Assembly: GCA_012295275.1 (NCBI GenBank)
Contig: CM022665.1
Location: forward strand, 43,214,001-43,278,000
Source: Chrysomallon squamiferum
Taxonomy: Eukaryota; Animalia; Mollusca
Direction: 5' to 3'
Length of the DNA: 64,000 bases
Part shown: positions 1 through 12,400 of the stretch, piece after piece
Layout: each line of letters starts with the position of its first letter
How positions within the stretch are numbered: the stretch's first letter is position 1
The notes under the pieces: model-generated
The model's database searches: none
The model's input: the letters and a program-made list of their open reading frames with translations, nothing else
Told to the model about the DNA's origin: nothing
Program-made: the position numbers and the translations under genes

Positions 1-14
1 CAAGAAACACGCAC

Positions 15-202
15 CTCTGCCAGGACTGACAGACGTCAACAGAGGTCGGCGATCTCTCATCTGTTTTTCAAACGCAGTTTATAACGTCCTTCTTCACAGT
101 TACACACGGGTAAAACAGACCCACAGTCTGCACCGCCACCGTCGTCATCGGCTTGATGGGGCTCCCAGGAACGACTCCTATAGTCACAGGACTCCACTTA
201 GA
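15..202 (-). CDS. DZANK1: DZANK1 exon (SKWSPVTIGVVPGSP...QTVGLFYP // FEKQMRDRRPLLTSVSPGR), internal frameshift in this sequence
   Basis: GTTTTCAG acceptor, GAG|GTGCGT donor. The upstream frame hits TGA at 68-70; the conserved tail resumes in another frame. Confidence 0.8.
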
Positions 203-2466
203 CTGAAAACACCAAACAAACTAAAATAAAACCTCACAAAACGACTCCTATAATCACAGGAGCCCACTTAGACTGAAAACACCAAACAAACTAAAATAAA
301 ACCTCACAAAACAACACCTATAGTCACAAGAGTCCACTTAGACTGAAAACACCAAACAAATTAAAATAAATCCTCACAAAACAACACCTATAGTCACAGG
401 ACTCCACTTAGACTGAAAACACCAAACAAACTAAAATAAAACCTCTGACTTTTCACAGGAGCCCACTTAGACTGAAAACACCAAACAAACTAAAATAAAA
501 CCTCACAAAACAACACCTATAGTCACAGGAGTCCACTTAGACTGAAAACACCAAACAAATTAAAATAAAACCTCACAAAACAACAACTCCTATAGTCACA
601 GGAGTCCACTTAGACTGAAAACACCAAACAAATTAAAATAAAACCTCACAAAACGACTCCTATAGTCACAGGAGCCCACTTAGACTGAAAACACCAAACA
701 AACTAAAATAAAACCTCACAAAACGACTCCTATAGTCACAGGAGCCCACTTAGACTGAAAACACCAAACAAGCTAAAATAAAACCTCACAAAACGACTCC
801 TATAGTCACAGGAGTCCACTTAGACTGAAAACACCAGACAAACTAAAATAAAACCTCACAAAACGACTCCTATAGTCACAGGAGTCCACTTAGACTGAAA
901 ACACCAAACAAACTAAAATAAAACCTCACAAAACGACTCCTATAGTCACAGGAGCTTAGTGAGACTGAAAACACCAAACAAACTAAAATAAAACCTCACA
1001 AAACGACTCCTATAGTCACAGGAGGACTGAAAACACCAAACAAACTAAAATAAAACCTCACCAAACGACTCCTATAGAAAGACTGAAAACACCAAACAAA
1101 CTAAAAAAAACCTCACAAAACGACTCCTATAATCACAGGAGCCCACTTAGACTGAAAACACCAAACAAACTAAAATAAAACTCGCAAATGAAATAGTAAA
1201 ACTTAGACTGAAAACACCAAACAAACTAAAATAAAACCTCGCAAATGAACTCCTATAGTCACAGGAGTCCACTTAGACTGAAAACACCAAACAAACTAAA
1301 ATAAAACCTCACAAATCAACTCCTACAGTCACAGGAGTCCACTTAGACTGAAAACACCAAACAAACTAAAATAAAAACAAAAACTCCTATAGTCACAGGA
1401 ATAGACTGAAAACACCAAACAAACTAAAATAAAACCTCACAAATCAACACCTATAGTCACAGGAGTCCACTTAGACTGAAAACACCAAACAAACTAAAAT
1501 AAAACCTCACAAATCAACACCTATAGTCACAGGAGCCCACTTAGACTGAAAACACCCCAAAACACTAAAATGAAACCTCGCAAATCAACACCTACATCTA
1601 AATCAAAATCTACACCTACAAATAAGCATTGCACATGCTTACACAAACATTACATTATATAACAACAACAATAGTCACAGGAGCCCACTTAGACTGAAAA
1701 CATCAAACAACTAAAATACAATCTCGCAAAGACATCTCAGAACAGTCCTTATTTAAAAATCACTGGGCATGACAATTTACTATCATATATTTTTAAATCT
1801 ACACACACAAACACACATGCACATACTTACACAAACATTATATTGATAGGTATATGTATCTAGGTTTAAATTTAAGTTTTAAAAAAAATGGAGAAAATTT
1901 TATTTAGGAAACTGCAGAACACTTTGTTTAAAAGAAATTATGCATGAATTATCTCATTATCATAATACTATGAGGTATAGACTGTTTGGTCAAACTAAAC
2001 CAACAGCTGCAGGCATTTATTTAAAACAATGTACAATAAGATATATCCTTTATTAAAATGTCACAATGCTAGCTAGAAACATTCAAGTTTACAATGGTGC
2101 AACTTAAGTCTTAGCTGTAAACTGAACTTCAGTATAAGACTTTTTAAACTGAGTCTCTTCTTTTTAGAAATTAATAAAATGCTAAAAGAGCAGGAAAAGT
2201 AAAGTATAGAGTTGATTTTTTTATATATAAACGTGATACTGCAGTTTACTTTATGATGTTATAATTTCTAATTGTAAAATGAAAAAAGTACTTACATCTG
2301 AACCTCCAACAGGTCTGAAAACAGATAAATTAAAAAACCATTAAACTGACTGTTATGAAAAAAAAAAAACATAAAAAAATAAACATTATAGTAACAATTA
2401 CAACATTTTTTTAAAAAGAAGAAAAAAAGTTTTTAAAAAAAAAAATGTTTTATTATATTAAAAATG

Positions 2467-2535
<69 letters not shown>

Positions 2536-5500
2536 AAAAAAAAAAAATAAGAAAAATAATAATAATAAATAATAAAAAAAAAAATGAAAAATAAAAATTG
2601 GCTTGAAATTATAAAATGTAACAAATATAATCTCTGCAGGAAAAGTTCAGAAGAGAAGAAGACAGACCTGAATTCGACGCGGGGTGGGGCCTGCATCTGG
2701 ATCCCACACGACCCACAGAAAGTACTGTATGGATGATTGGTGGCGCCACACTTGGAACACTGTAAGGCACCAGAAGGCTTTGATGGCTACAAAAAAAAAA
2801 AAAAATTAAAAAAAATTATTTTAGTTTCAAAATTAAGTAACAAGCCTAAGATTACATTTTGACAGAATTATTAATTATCTGAAATTTAATTTACTTATTT
2901 TATTTATAAATTTTATTTTATTTTTATTTTTAAATTTTATTAGAGATAGTGGTGTTTTTTAAAAATAAAGAATAAAACCACAACAAAATTTGTTTTTATG
3001 TTCACCCCATTTTTAAATCAGAAAGACTAATATATATATATATTTTTAAACATTTTTTTACCATCTGGAAAAACCCCTGTAAAAAACCCACAAAAAAATA
3101 AACTATATTTGATAATATTTCAGTTAATGACTGAAATAACTATTTTATACTAATTCATTTTATTGTATAATGTTAATTTTTTTTTTTTATTAGAGTTACA
3201 TAAAATATCATCAATAAAATTAATAACTAAAGGTTTTAATAGAAATTATATTTTGAAAAAAATGAATGAATTTTTTTTAATTTTAATTTGTTTAAGTGTT
3301 TTGTTTTTACCTTTGCTCCACACCAGTCACAGAATCTGGCATCTCCATTGTTTACTCGATTACACTTGTTACAGGTCACGTAGTTCTTGTCAGGGTTAGT
3401 CACAGGAGGGGCAGACAATCCAGAAAAAATAGCTCTCTAACGAAATAAAAACGAAATACAAAACAGTTTTTTTTTTTTTTTTCTTTAAATGTTTAGAACA
3501 AATTCTAATATAATAAATACATTTTAAAACAAAGAATGTTTTTAAACATTTAGTAAAAATAGCTCTCTAATAAAATAAAAACAGCTTTCAGTTCTAATTT
3601 TAAACAATTTTTTCTTTTAGCTTAAAAAAAATAATAAGTAAAACGATATTTAATTTATATGTGAAATCTTAATATTTTATTTCCTAATAAAATATAAAAA
3701 ATATGGATGGTACATGTGTATACTATAGTGATCATACACATTATACAACAGTTTACATGCCTTCAAAAACATTAGAAATCACTTCTAATTACACCAACAG
3801 CTGAGAAGAAACCAGGACTAACCTGTTGTGCGGTTGTGGGAAGCCTGGTGTCGCAGGTGACGCACATGAGCAGGTTGCTGGGGTTGGCAGTTCCGCACAG
3901 CGTGCACACCAGTCTGTCAGACAGCTTCACACTGGCCATCGGCTGGTTTTGAACCGGAATCGGCCCCTCGCAGACCACACAGGTAGGAGTGTTGAAAGGC
4001 ACCAAGGATTTACAGTAGACACACATTCCCATCTGTGCAGGAAAAAAAACAACAAATAATAATAATAATAATAAAAATAATAATAATACAAATATTTATT
4101 TAAATAATTAAGTAAATAAAATTGTTAAAAACAATGAATTAAATTTTATTCATGTGATCCTAATCTGCCAAAATCACATGGATACTTTTCACGTAATTTT
4201 TTTTTTTTTTTTTTAGATTTGTTGTGTTGGAACAATGAAATGAGAACTGTTGTTGACATTGTAGTACTGGGGAAAAGACTAAGAGACAGACAAATGGGGA
4301 GATGAATGGATTGCTTCCAAAGGGACATCCAGAAGATGCTGACAATAGAAAATTCAGGCAGCAGACCTCACCGAATGGGAATGAGCAAGGAAGAAGAAGA
4401 AGAAGAAGAAGAAGAAGACACACTTAGTTTCAAAACCAATGGACAGTTCTGACTAAAACTAATAATAGATAAAAACATCTTAATAATTTTTAAGGAAATC
4501 TTAAAAATAAAGAAATGGATTAATTAAAAAAAAAAAAAAACATGATGAAAAGTTTGAAAGGTGTAAAATGCAGTTTTTTTTTTCATATTTTTTTTTTTAA
4601 TGGAAATATGACCTGGTAATGGGGGATATTGATTATTATGGGTGGGATCAATACAGAATCGAAATGGATCTGTCTTAATGAAAGCAAAAAGTGGACACAT
4701 CTTTAAAAAAAATAATAAAAATAAAACATTTTCAGATATTTTTATCTTAATAAATGAATGGATTAATTAAAAATTAACAGTTTTAATGGTTTCTTTTACT
4801 TTTTTAATTGACATGAACATATTCTCACAATGATTATTTGAACTGTTACCAAACAGATTTTTGTTTTCATTTAGTTTTATTTTATAAATGTAACATTTTT
4901 ATTTAAGGAACTTTTATAATAAAAAAATTTAAATGTGTTTTAGAATATTAGTAGACACAAAATAGACTCATTTTATAAAATTTGAATTAAAGATATTTTC
5001 CTTATGAAATTAGGCAGGCCACTCAGAAAGCCACAGTTTGCCCAGGATGTTATAGAATATAAAAATTATAAACATTCTTACTTTAAAAAATCTGTTTCTC
5101 TCTGTAAGCGCATGGCTTGGACAGAGTTTTCTGGAAGGCTTCTGTGACTTTTCTTTACTTCTAGATCATCAAAAGTCTAAGGAAACAAAATATATATTAA
5201 TAAATATTATGAAATACCTATGAAAAAGAAAGACTGTGAAAAACTCAAATATTAAACTACCCTTTTTCCTGGCTTATCAAATAATAATAATCATTATTGA
5301 AGAAATAAATAAATAAATAAAATAAAATAAATGATACAGAAATTAATAAATGCAAAAATAAATTATAAATAAATAAATAAATACATACACAATCAGAATA
5401 AAATCAAATCATAAATGGATTAAAATAAATAAATAAATAAATATAATAAAAAAAACTTACCACATCATTAACATTTGATCTTCTAGAGTTAAGAAATCTT

Positions 5501-5604
5501 GGTCCAGTTCCAGGTCTTCTACGATTAGAGCCAGTCACTGACATATCTGTGTGTACAGTATTTTAAATTTAATATTTAAATAACTTTTTTAATAAGTAAA
5601 AATC

Positions 5605-5639
<35 letters not shown>

Positions 5640-6446
5640 ATAATTATTAAAAAAGCAACGGAAACAGTAACAAAAATATTAAAATGTTATACTTTAATAT
5701 TTTTTATTATATTTAACAATCTATGATAAACAGAAAAATGATTTAAAAAAATGTATAAAACATTATTTATTCTGAATATAAATATGTTTTTTCATTTAAT
5801 TTTAATCAGAGTATCTCGAACAGAGTATAATTATTTATTAATTAATGATAGATTTTGTTCTCTAAAATGATAAAATATAAATAAATATTTACAAACGAAC
5901 AAAGAACCAGTATTTCTAAAACCATATATTAATTCTAAGACAATTATTTATGTATGTGAAGGATGATGTTGACCATTCGCTCTCGCTCACCTGCAATCAT
6001 TTGTTGAGTTTCTTTCATCTTGGCAACGTCCATCCAGGCAGACTGCGGCGAAGTAACCAGCTTCGTTGCTGCTCTTTTTACTTCCATCTACAACAACCAC
6101 AGCTTCTTTAAAAATCTATTATTATTACTATTACTATTATTGTTGTTATTATTATTATTATTACTATTAGTATTATTGTTATTATTATTATTATCTTTAT
6201 TATTATTATTATTATTATTATCATTATTATTATTGTTATTATTAATATTAATATTAATATTAATACTATTATTTTATCCCATTTCCTTTTTTTTTTAAAT
6301 TTCAGTCCATTGTTGATGTTTCTTTATTATTACTGCTGATTATTTAAAAAAAATAAATTAAAATATTGTTGACTTTTATTTGAAACAATTATACACATTA
6401 TTTCACTGAACTTTTTTCATTTTATTATCAATTAAATCTTTCATAA

Positions 6447-6486
<40 letters not shown>

Positions 6487-9446
6487 AACATACATACATG
6501 TATATATAATTATATATACTACATGGTATAAAAGTAATAGAAATATAAGAATCCATCAGTACTGTGACATACAATGTATCAGTATACTTGTTAATCATAA
6601 ATGAACACAAATGAGCAGGAAGAAATTAATATTTATTTATTAATGGAATATCAGAATTTGCCTACCTTTGTTCTCTCTTTTGCCCATTCTTCCTGGAAAC
6701 CAAGGTCATCGTCAACAGGTTCCATGGGAGGTGGGGGGACATACTCAACTTCAAACACTTTGGACACCACATTACTCTCTCGTAATCCATCTCTGTGAAA
6801 ATAAAATGTTATTTATCCTTCATTTATTAATTAAAATTTATTTAACGTCTGTATTTTCTTTTTACTTTTCACAGTATTTTATGTAATTTTATGTTAATTA
6901 ATTTAACTTACATATGATTTGTTATTTTTTCTCTTCCTTTTTTTACATTTTATATATTGTTTTATATATATATATATATATATATATGCCGTTTAATATT
7001 TTATATATCTCATTTAATAAAACACACACACACACACACACACTGTTTAATATTTTAAATATTACTTAATTTTTAAAAGCTGGATATTCTAAGTGAGAAT
7101 GTTTTTAAGTTTTTATTTCAATAGTTAGGCTTGAAGTTATGAATTGATATATATCTCTAATGTGAGACCTAAACTCCCAAGTTTAATATTTCATTTTACA
7201 TAACCTACTTGGACACAGCGATGGCCTTGACATTCTGTTTGCCAGCTGGAAGTGTAAAAGGTCCTCTGTACTGCATGGTACATTTCTCCCCCATCCTCTG
7301 GTAGGGGTCTGGCTTTGTGCCATTGATAGTGTAATGAATAACTGTATCTGGGGTTTCTGTATAATAATAACAATAACAATAATAACAACATCAATAATAA
7401 TAATATCAACAATAGTAATGTTAATAAAAACAACAATAATAATAATATTAACAATACAATGAACAATTAATATATATCCAGGAAAAATGCACATAGCTCT
7501 AGGTTTAAAATTCAATCTTTTATTTTAAAGAAAAATAACAATAATTTAAAAATAATAAAAATATATATATATTATCCAAATAATTTTCAGTAATTATCTG
7601 TAGATATCACATCTAGTTTTTCTCACAACATTAGTTCTGTACATTATTTTGAGCCAGATTATATACACTTGGACATAACATTAAATTTAAAAAATATATA
7701 ATTACTGGCTGATAGGATCTAAACAATTTTTTTTTAAACAATGTTTATAAATTGTTCAACAATAAATTAAACGCAAATATAAAATGGCCACATTCACAAT
7801 CACAAACATTTTATGTAGTAATTAATTCAAAAGTGTATTCATAAATTCTGAATATATTTATATGATGTGCAAACTAAATGACATGAATCAGTGAAACTGC
7901 TTCACACACACACACACACTGAGTTTCTATTTAAATTTAAAACTATTTTTGGTTTGAATTTCAGGGGTTAGCGCGAACGCAGACCCCCACACTAAAAAAT
8001 TACGTACTCGAGTCGCCCGCATTTGGGGCGATCGCAGGGGTCAGCCCAACCGGAGTGCAATGGAAAGGCCTCGCCCTGGGAGGACCACCTTGCGGATCAT
8101 GGTAACCTCCCGTACCAGGTAAGTATGCTTCGGCTTTTGCCTTCAGCTGTTTTATCTGTCGTTTCATACAAGTGATCGAGGTGTTTTGCATGTGGATAGA
8201 GTGGCAAAATTGATAAAATATTTAATTCTGTGTTTTACATTTAAATTATTTGAAAACACCTTCTATTTCGTTTAACTTTTATGCTTTTAATGATAAAAAT
8301 AATTTTTTACTTTATCATTACATTTATATAAAAATCGGCATTTTATGAAACATTTAGTCCTCATTGTTGCACGATATAGTATGGACCAATCAACGGGCTA
8401 GTTCTGGCTAGCGTTCTTGCTAAAAATAGACATCAACCTGAACTTCCAGTTTAGAAGTTTTAATATATAGAACAAAGATAAAACATTTGTGCTGACTTAA
8501 AGGGTCATTAAATATACTTAATGCAAGACTCGAAAATGTATGAAGTGTGGAATATAAATGCAAAATTCTTGATTTTATAAGCAACTCCATTTACAGTTTA
8601 CGTTACTAAACAACTCAATGGCTAAGGGGTGACACATTCTATAAATAGATTTTATTTGTTTCCATCCAACACAGCAATGACTGCTAGTTGGTTAAGCCAG
8701 TGACTGTGTCTACTGAGCTAGATATTTATCACACGAGAACATGTCCAGTATGCATGAAATGAACATTATAATAATAATATCAAATTATATTGCATATGCT
8801 GTCATATTGCAATGTATGATTTTTTTTTTTTTTCAGTTTATTCATTTACATTATTCTGTATTATAAAATTTATGATTAAAAGTGTGCATATATATTTACT
8901 AAATATTGCAGTATGTGATTTTTTTCAGTTCATTAATTTATATTATACTGTATTTAAATATCCATTTTTACTAATTATTGCTATTTACCTTAACTTTGCA
9001 GTATTTGATTCTTTTTTCAATTTATTAATTTATATTATATCACATTATAAAATTTAAGATTAAAAATATTGTTTTTTTTGGTTTTTTGTTTTATTTATTT
9101 TTTTCTAATTACCTTAATTTTTATTATCAGCAGGAAACTACTTGAAAATGTATTTGCTATATACAAAAAACAAAAATAAAAACTGTGACATGAAGAAGTC
9201 ACACAGATGGAATATGCAAAGTCACATAGTTTTACAAAGAGATAGTACATAAAAATATTAACCAGTCTCTAACTAGCTAAGCCAGGTAAATCATGCACTG
9301 AACAAATATCTACATGTCAAATATCTTTTATGTGACTTCCAGAATAAAAAAGAGCTTAAATAATTTTATTATTTTAATAAAATGAATTATATTTTATCAC
9401 ATTTTTTAAAAATAAAATTAATATTTATTTTGTTAAAGTTTATCAC

Positions 9447-9487
<41 letters not shown>

Positions 9488-12400
9488 AAAGTGTTTCAAA
9501 AAGAATTTCAAAAATGGATTGTCAGAAATGATATATGTGTGTTTCAAACTTTTCAGATTTCAAAATTTTATTGGATTTATAGATTTATTCATAATACATG
9601 TTAATTTATTGAAATTTTGAAATTTAGATTTTTGAAAATTTAATTTTATTTATCAAATTTTTATTTTATTTTATTTATATTTTTTATAATACACTATATT
9701 ACAGTATAGTATAGCATAGTATTTTATTGTTTGTGATTTATTGATCACTATTATCTTGAAATCAACAAAGTTCTACTTGCGCTACACATCATTATTTTCA
9801 CCTAATCAATGAATTCTGAAACATATCCAAGGATAAGTTATAATTATACCGTACATCTGATAGAGAATATCGACATTTCCCCCTTCACAATACAAAATCA
9901 TCCTCAGTGTTATACAGATCAGAACACAGACAAGAGAAAACAAAAGCTGCTGAAGAGAAATAAGCAGATTCTATTAATCAAAGCAAAAGTGGTCAAAATT
10001 TCTCTTGGTGTACCAAATGCTATAAAGAATGAACATTTTGGCCAGTTTTTAATTTTATTCAAAATGTACAAAGAGAGAAAGAGAGCAAAAAGTTTCAGTT
10101 AATTATGCTAGTCACAAAGATGTATTATTAAAAATAGTGTTTCAATTCATTAGAAGTTTAACATGGTGGTCACTCTACAAGTAAAAGTAACAGTAATGAT
10201 CAGGAAGGATTGATTCACACTGAACCAGGCATTCAACAACCTTCTGTTGATGATAATTTATGTATCTATCTTCAAAAAAATGTAATAGACAAAAATAATG
10301 TATTTATTAATTTGTCATTGTTATTATTATTGTTATTGTTATTGTTATTGTTATTATTGTTATTATTAAGAGTAAAACACTTGTATATAAATTGGTATTT
10401 TATATAACTATCAACATTCTATACAACTCAGTACACATCTACATGCATATATATTGCATACATTTCACTATTTAAACACTGCAAGTCCATTATTTTAATA
10501 CACTATCCTCATAATGTAAAGAAAATGAAAATCTGTTCATATTAAACACAAAATATTAGTAAATACGGACACATCCTAAAGACAAATACAAGTTTACTGT
10601 CCTTATTGATTAAATGACCGCATGACTACATGACAACAAAATGGAGAACAAAATTAGTTGTCTGCTGTTGCTATAGTGATGTATAACACGTCTGATGAAT
10701 GTTCAAAATGAAGGCCTAATTATTAATGACACAATACAAACAGCTCCGAAAACAAAACTAATGAATGGATTATGGATTAACAAAAGAATGCTATAAATCC
10801 TTGACTAGTCACCTGCCTCAGTTAAACAGTCTTGGAGGTCATGTAAATATAGATGCCTTCTTATTTTTTTTTTTGTTGTTGTATATTGAAGTCTTTTTTA
10901 TCATCACAATTGCCCGTTTTCTTTTTTCTTTCTTTTTTGAATTTTTTTACATTTTGAAGCATTAATTAATTTAGAACAAAAGAAGTGTTTATAAATTGTT
11001 CGCTTGTTATTTAGTGACTTAAAAATAATTAATAATTAAACTGAAGCGTATTATTGTTGTTATAGTTGTATTTTAAAATCAGTTTTCAGTTTACTGTCTA
11101 AAGGAATCCTCATTAATTTTTTTATAAATATACATTATCCATAAAATTCTTTAATAAATCTGCATTTCCAGTAATGTGTATATTTTCTTAAATATAAACA
11201 TTTATCATATAAAATAGAATATAAATAAACCTACCCTTTTTAAAGTTTTGTGATAACAGAGCTAGCTTATATTCCTTTCAATAATTTTACTGACTTATAA
11301 AATAAATTGAAAATAAAAATAAACAGAATTCTTTGAAATTTACTTGTTGCATGAAAGCAGGAAATCAGTACTGTTACTTATGAGATAAACTAATAAAGTA
11401 TTCATTTTTATTTCATTTTAAAACAAAATGTGTTTAATTAGGACTGGCAGTGAGGTCTGGATGTGCTAATAACATGAATAAATAATATTTATATTTACAA
11501 TCTACTTCACAAATCAACACGAGACCTCCACATAGAATACCAGTAATCAAACAATCATCTAACATTAAACAGGTTCTCGAACTTAGTCGTCTCTAAAAAA
11601 AGTAAAAAAATAAAATAAAATAAAATAAAATAATATAAAATAATATTCTCCTAACACAACAAGATTTGTTGTCTGAGTTGGCAGTAAACATAATTTCTTC
11701 CAACAGATATGTATGCTAGTTTGCAAATATTTTGTAAAATATTTACCCAAAATTACAGTGCAACCATTAGGGTAACTAGACAGTTGTCTAGGCTGCACAC
11801 CTCACAGATGTGGTATTTATAATTTTGATTTTGCATATTTAAAACATATTGCTATCTGTAATTTGCATTCACTCTCATAAAGGGACCATTTTTCTTTATT
11901 TTGCATTGTTTAACCACAGACAGTGTTGTATGTTTTTAAACACGAAAACACATGTGTCCCTAAGCATTGGATAACACAGCCACTGCCTTATTAATGTATG
12001 CTGTGTCTTTAACATTTGTGTTGTTGGCTTCTTATGGTACTTATTCTTGCAGTTTAAATTAAAGTCAAGTTTGTGCTTTTTATGTTTTCTACAATACATG
12101 ATTTAAAAACTGAAGTTAGTGATTTTTTTGTAGGGAATGCAAGTAGTGAGACTTGCCTAGGGTGCAAAATAATCTGGCACCAGCCCTGATTATATATAAT
12201 TTTGAGAAAGTTTCTAATTCAGGTAAAACAAAATTTTTTTTTTTTTTTTTTTTTACTCAGTAATTGTTATGATGTTATTATATATTTTTTTAAATTAAAT
12301 TATTTCCTTAGATAATTGTCAATACATATATTTATACAAATATAAAAATAGGGAACTATCTATATATATCCAAATATATACAAACATCCACAAATACCAT

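Noticed and set aside
171-1730. CRISPR-like appearance of the regularly spaced repeat with an internal hairpin
   Set aside because: The whole 70-nt unit repeats with no unique spacers, there are no cas genes, and the context is a eukaryotic intron.
2433-2696. 87-aa poly-Phe ORF and the long A-run at 2460-2590
   Set aside because: Readthrough from a real exon into a low-complexity tract; the A-run may be collapsed consensus sequence.
6020-6298. Poly-Leu, poly-Ile, poly-Cys and poly-Val ORFs here and at 7191, 10210, 28871, 29565, 42448 and 56218
   Set aside because: Translations of (TTA)n, (TTG)n, (AGT)n and (CT)n microsatellites.
5590-7460. Complementary microsatellites bridging intron ends (AC/GT-type splicing structure)
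   Set aside because: Repeats within each intron are on the same strand and not mutually complementary.
8000-8191. 63-aa ORF over the U1 locus
   Set aside because: Incidental translation of the GC-rich snRNA gene.
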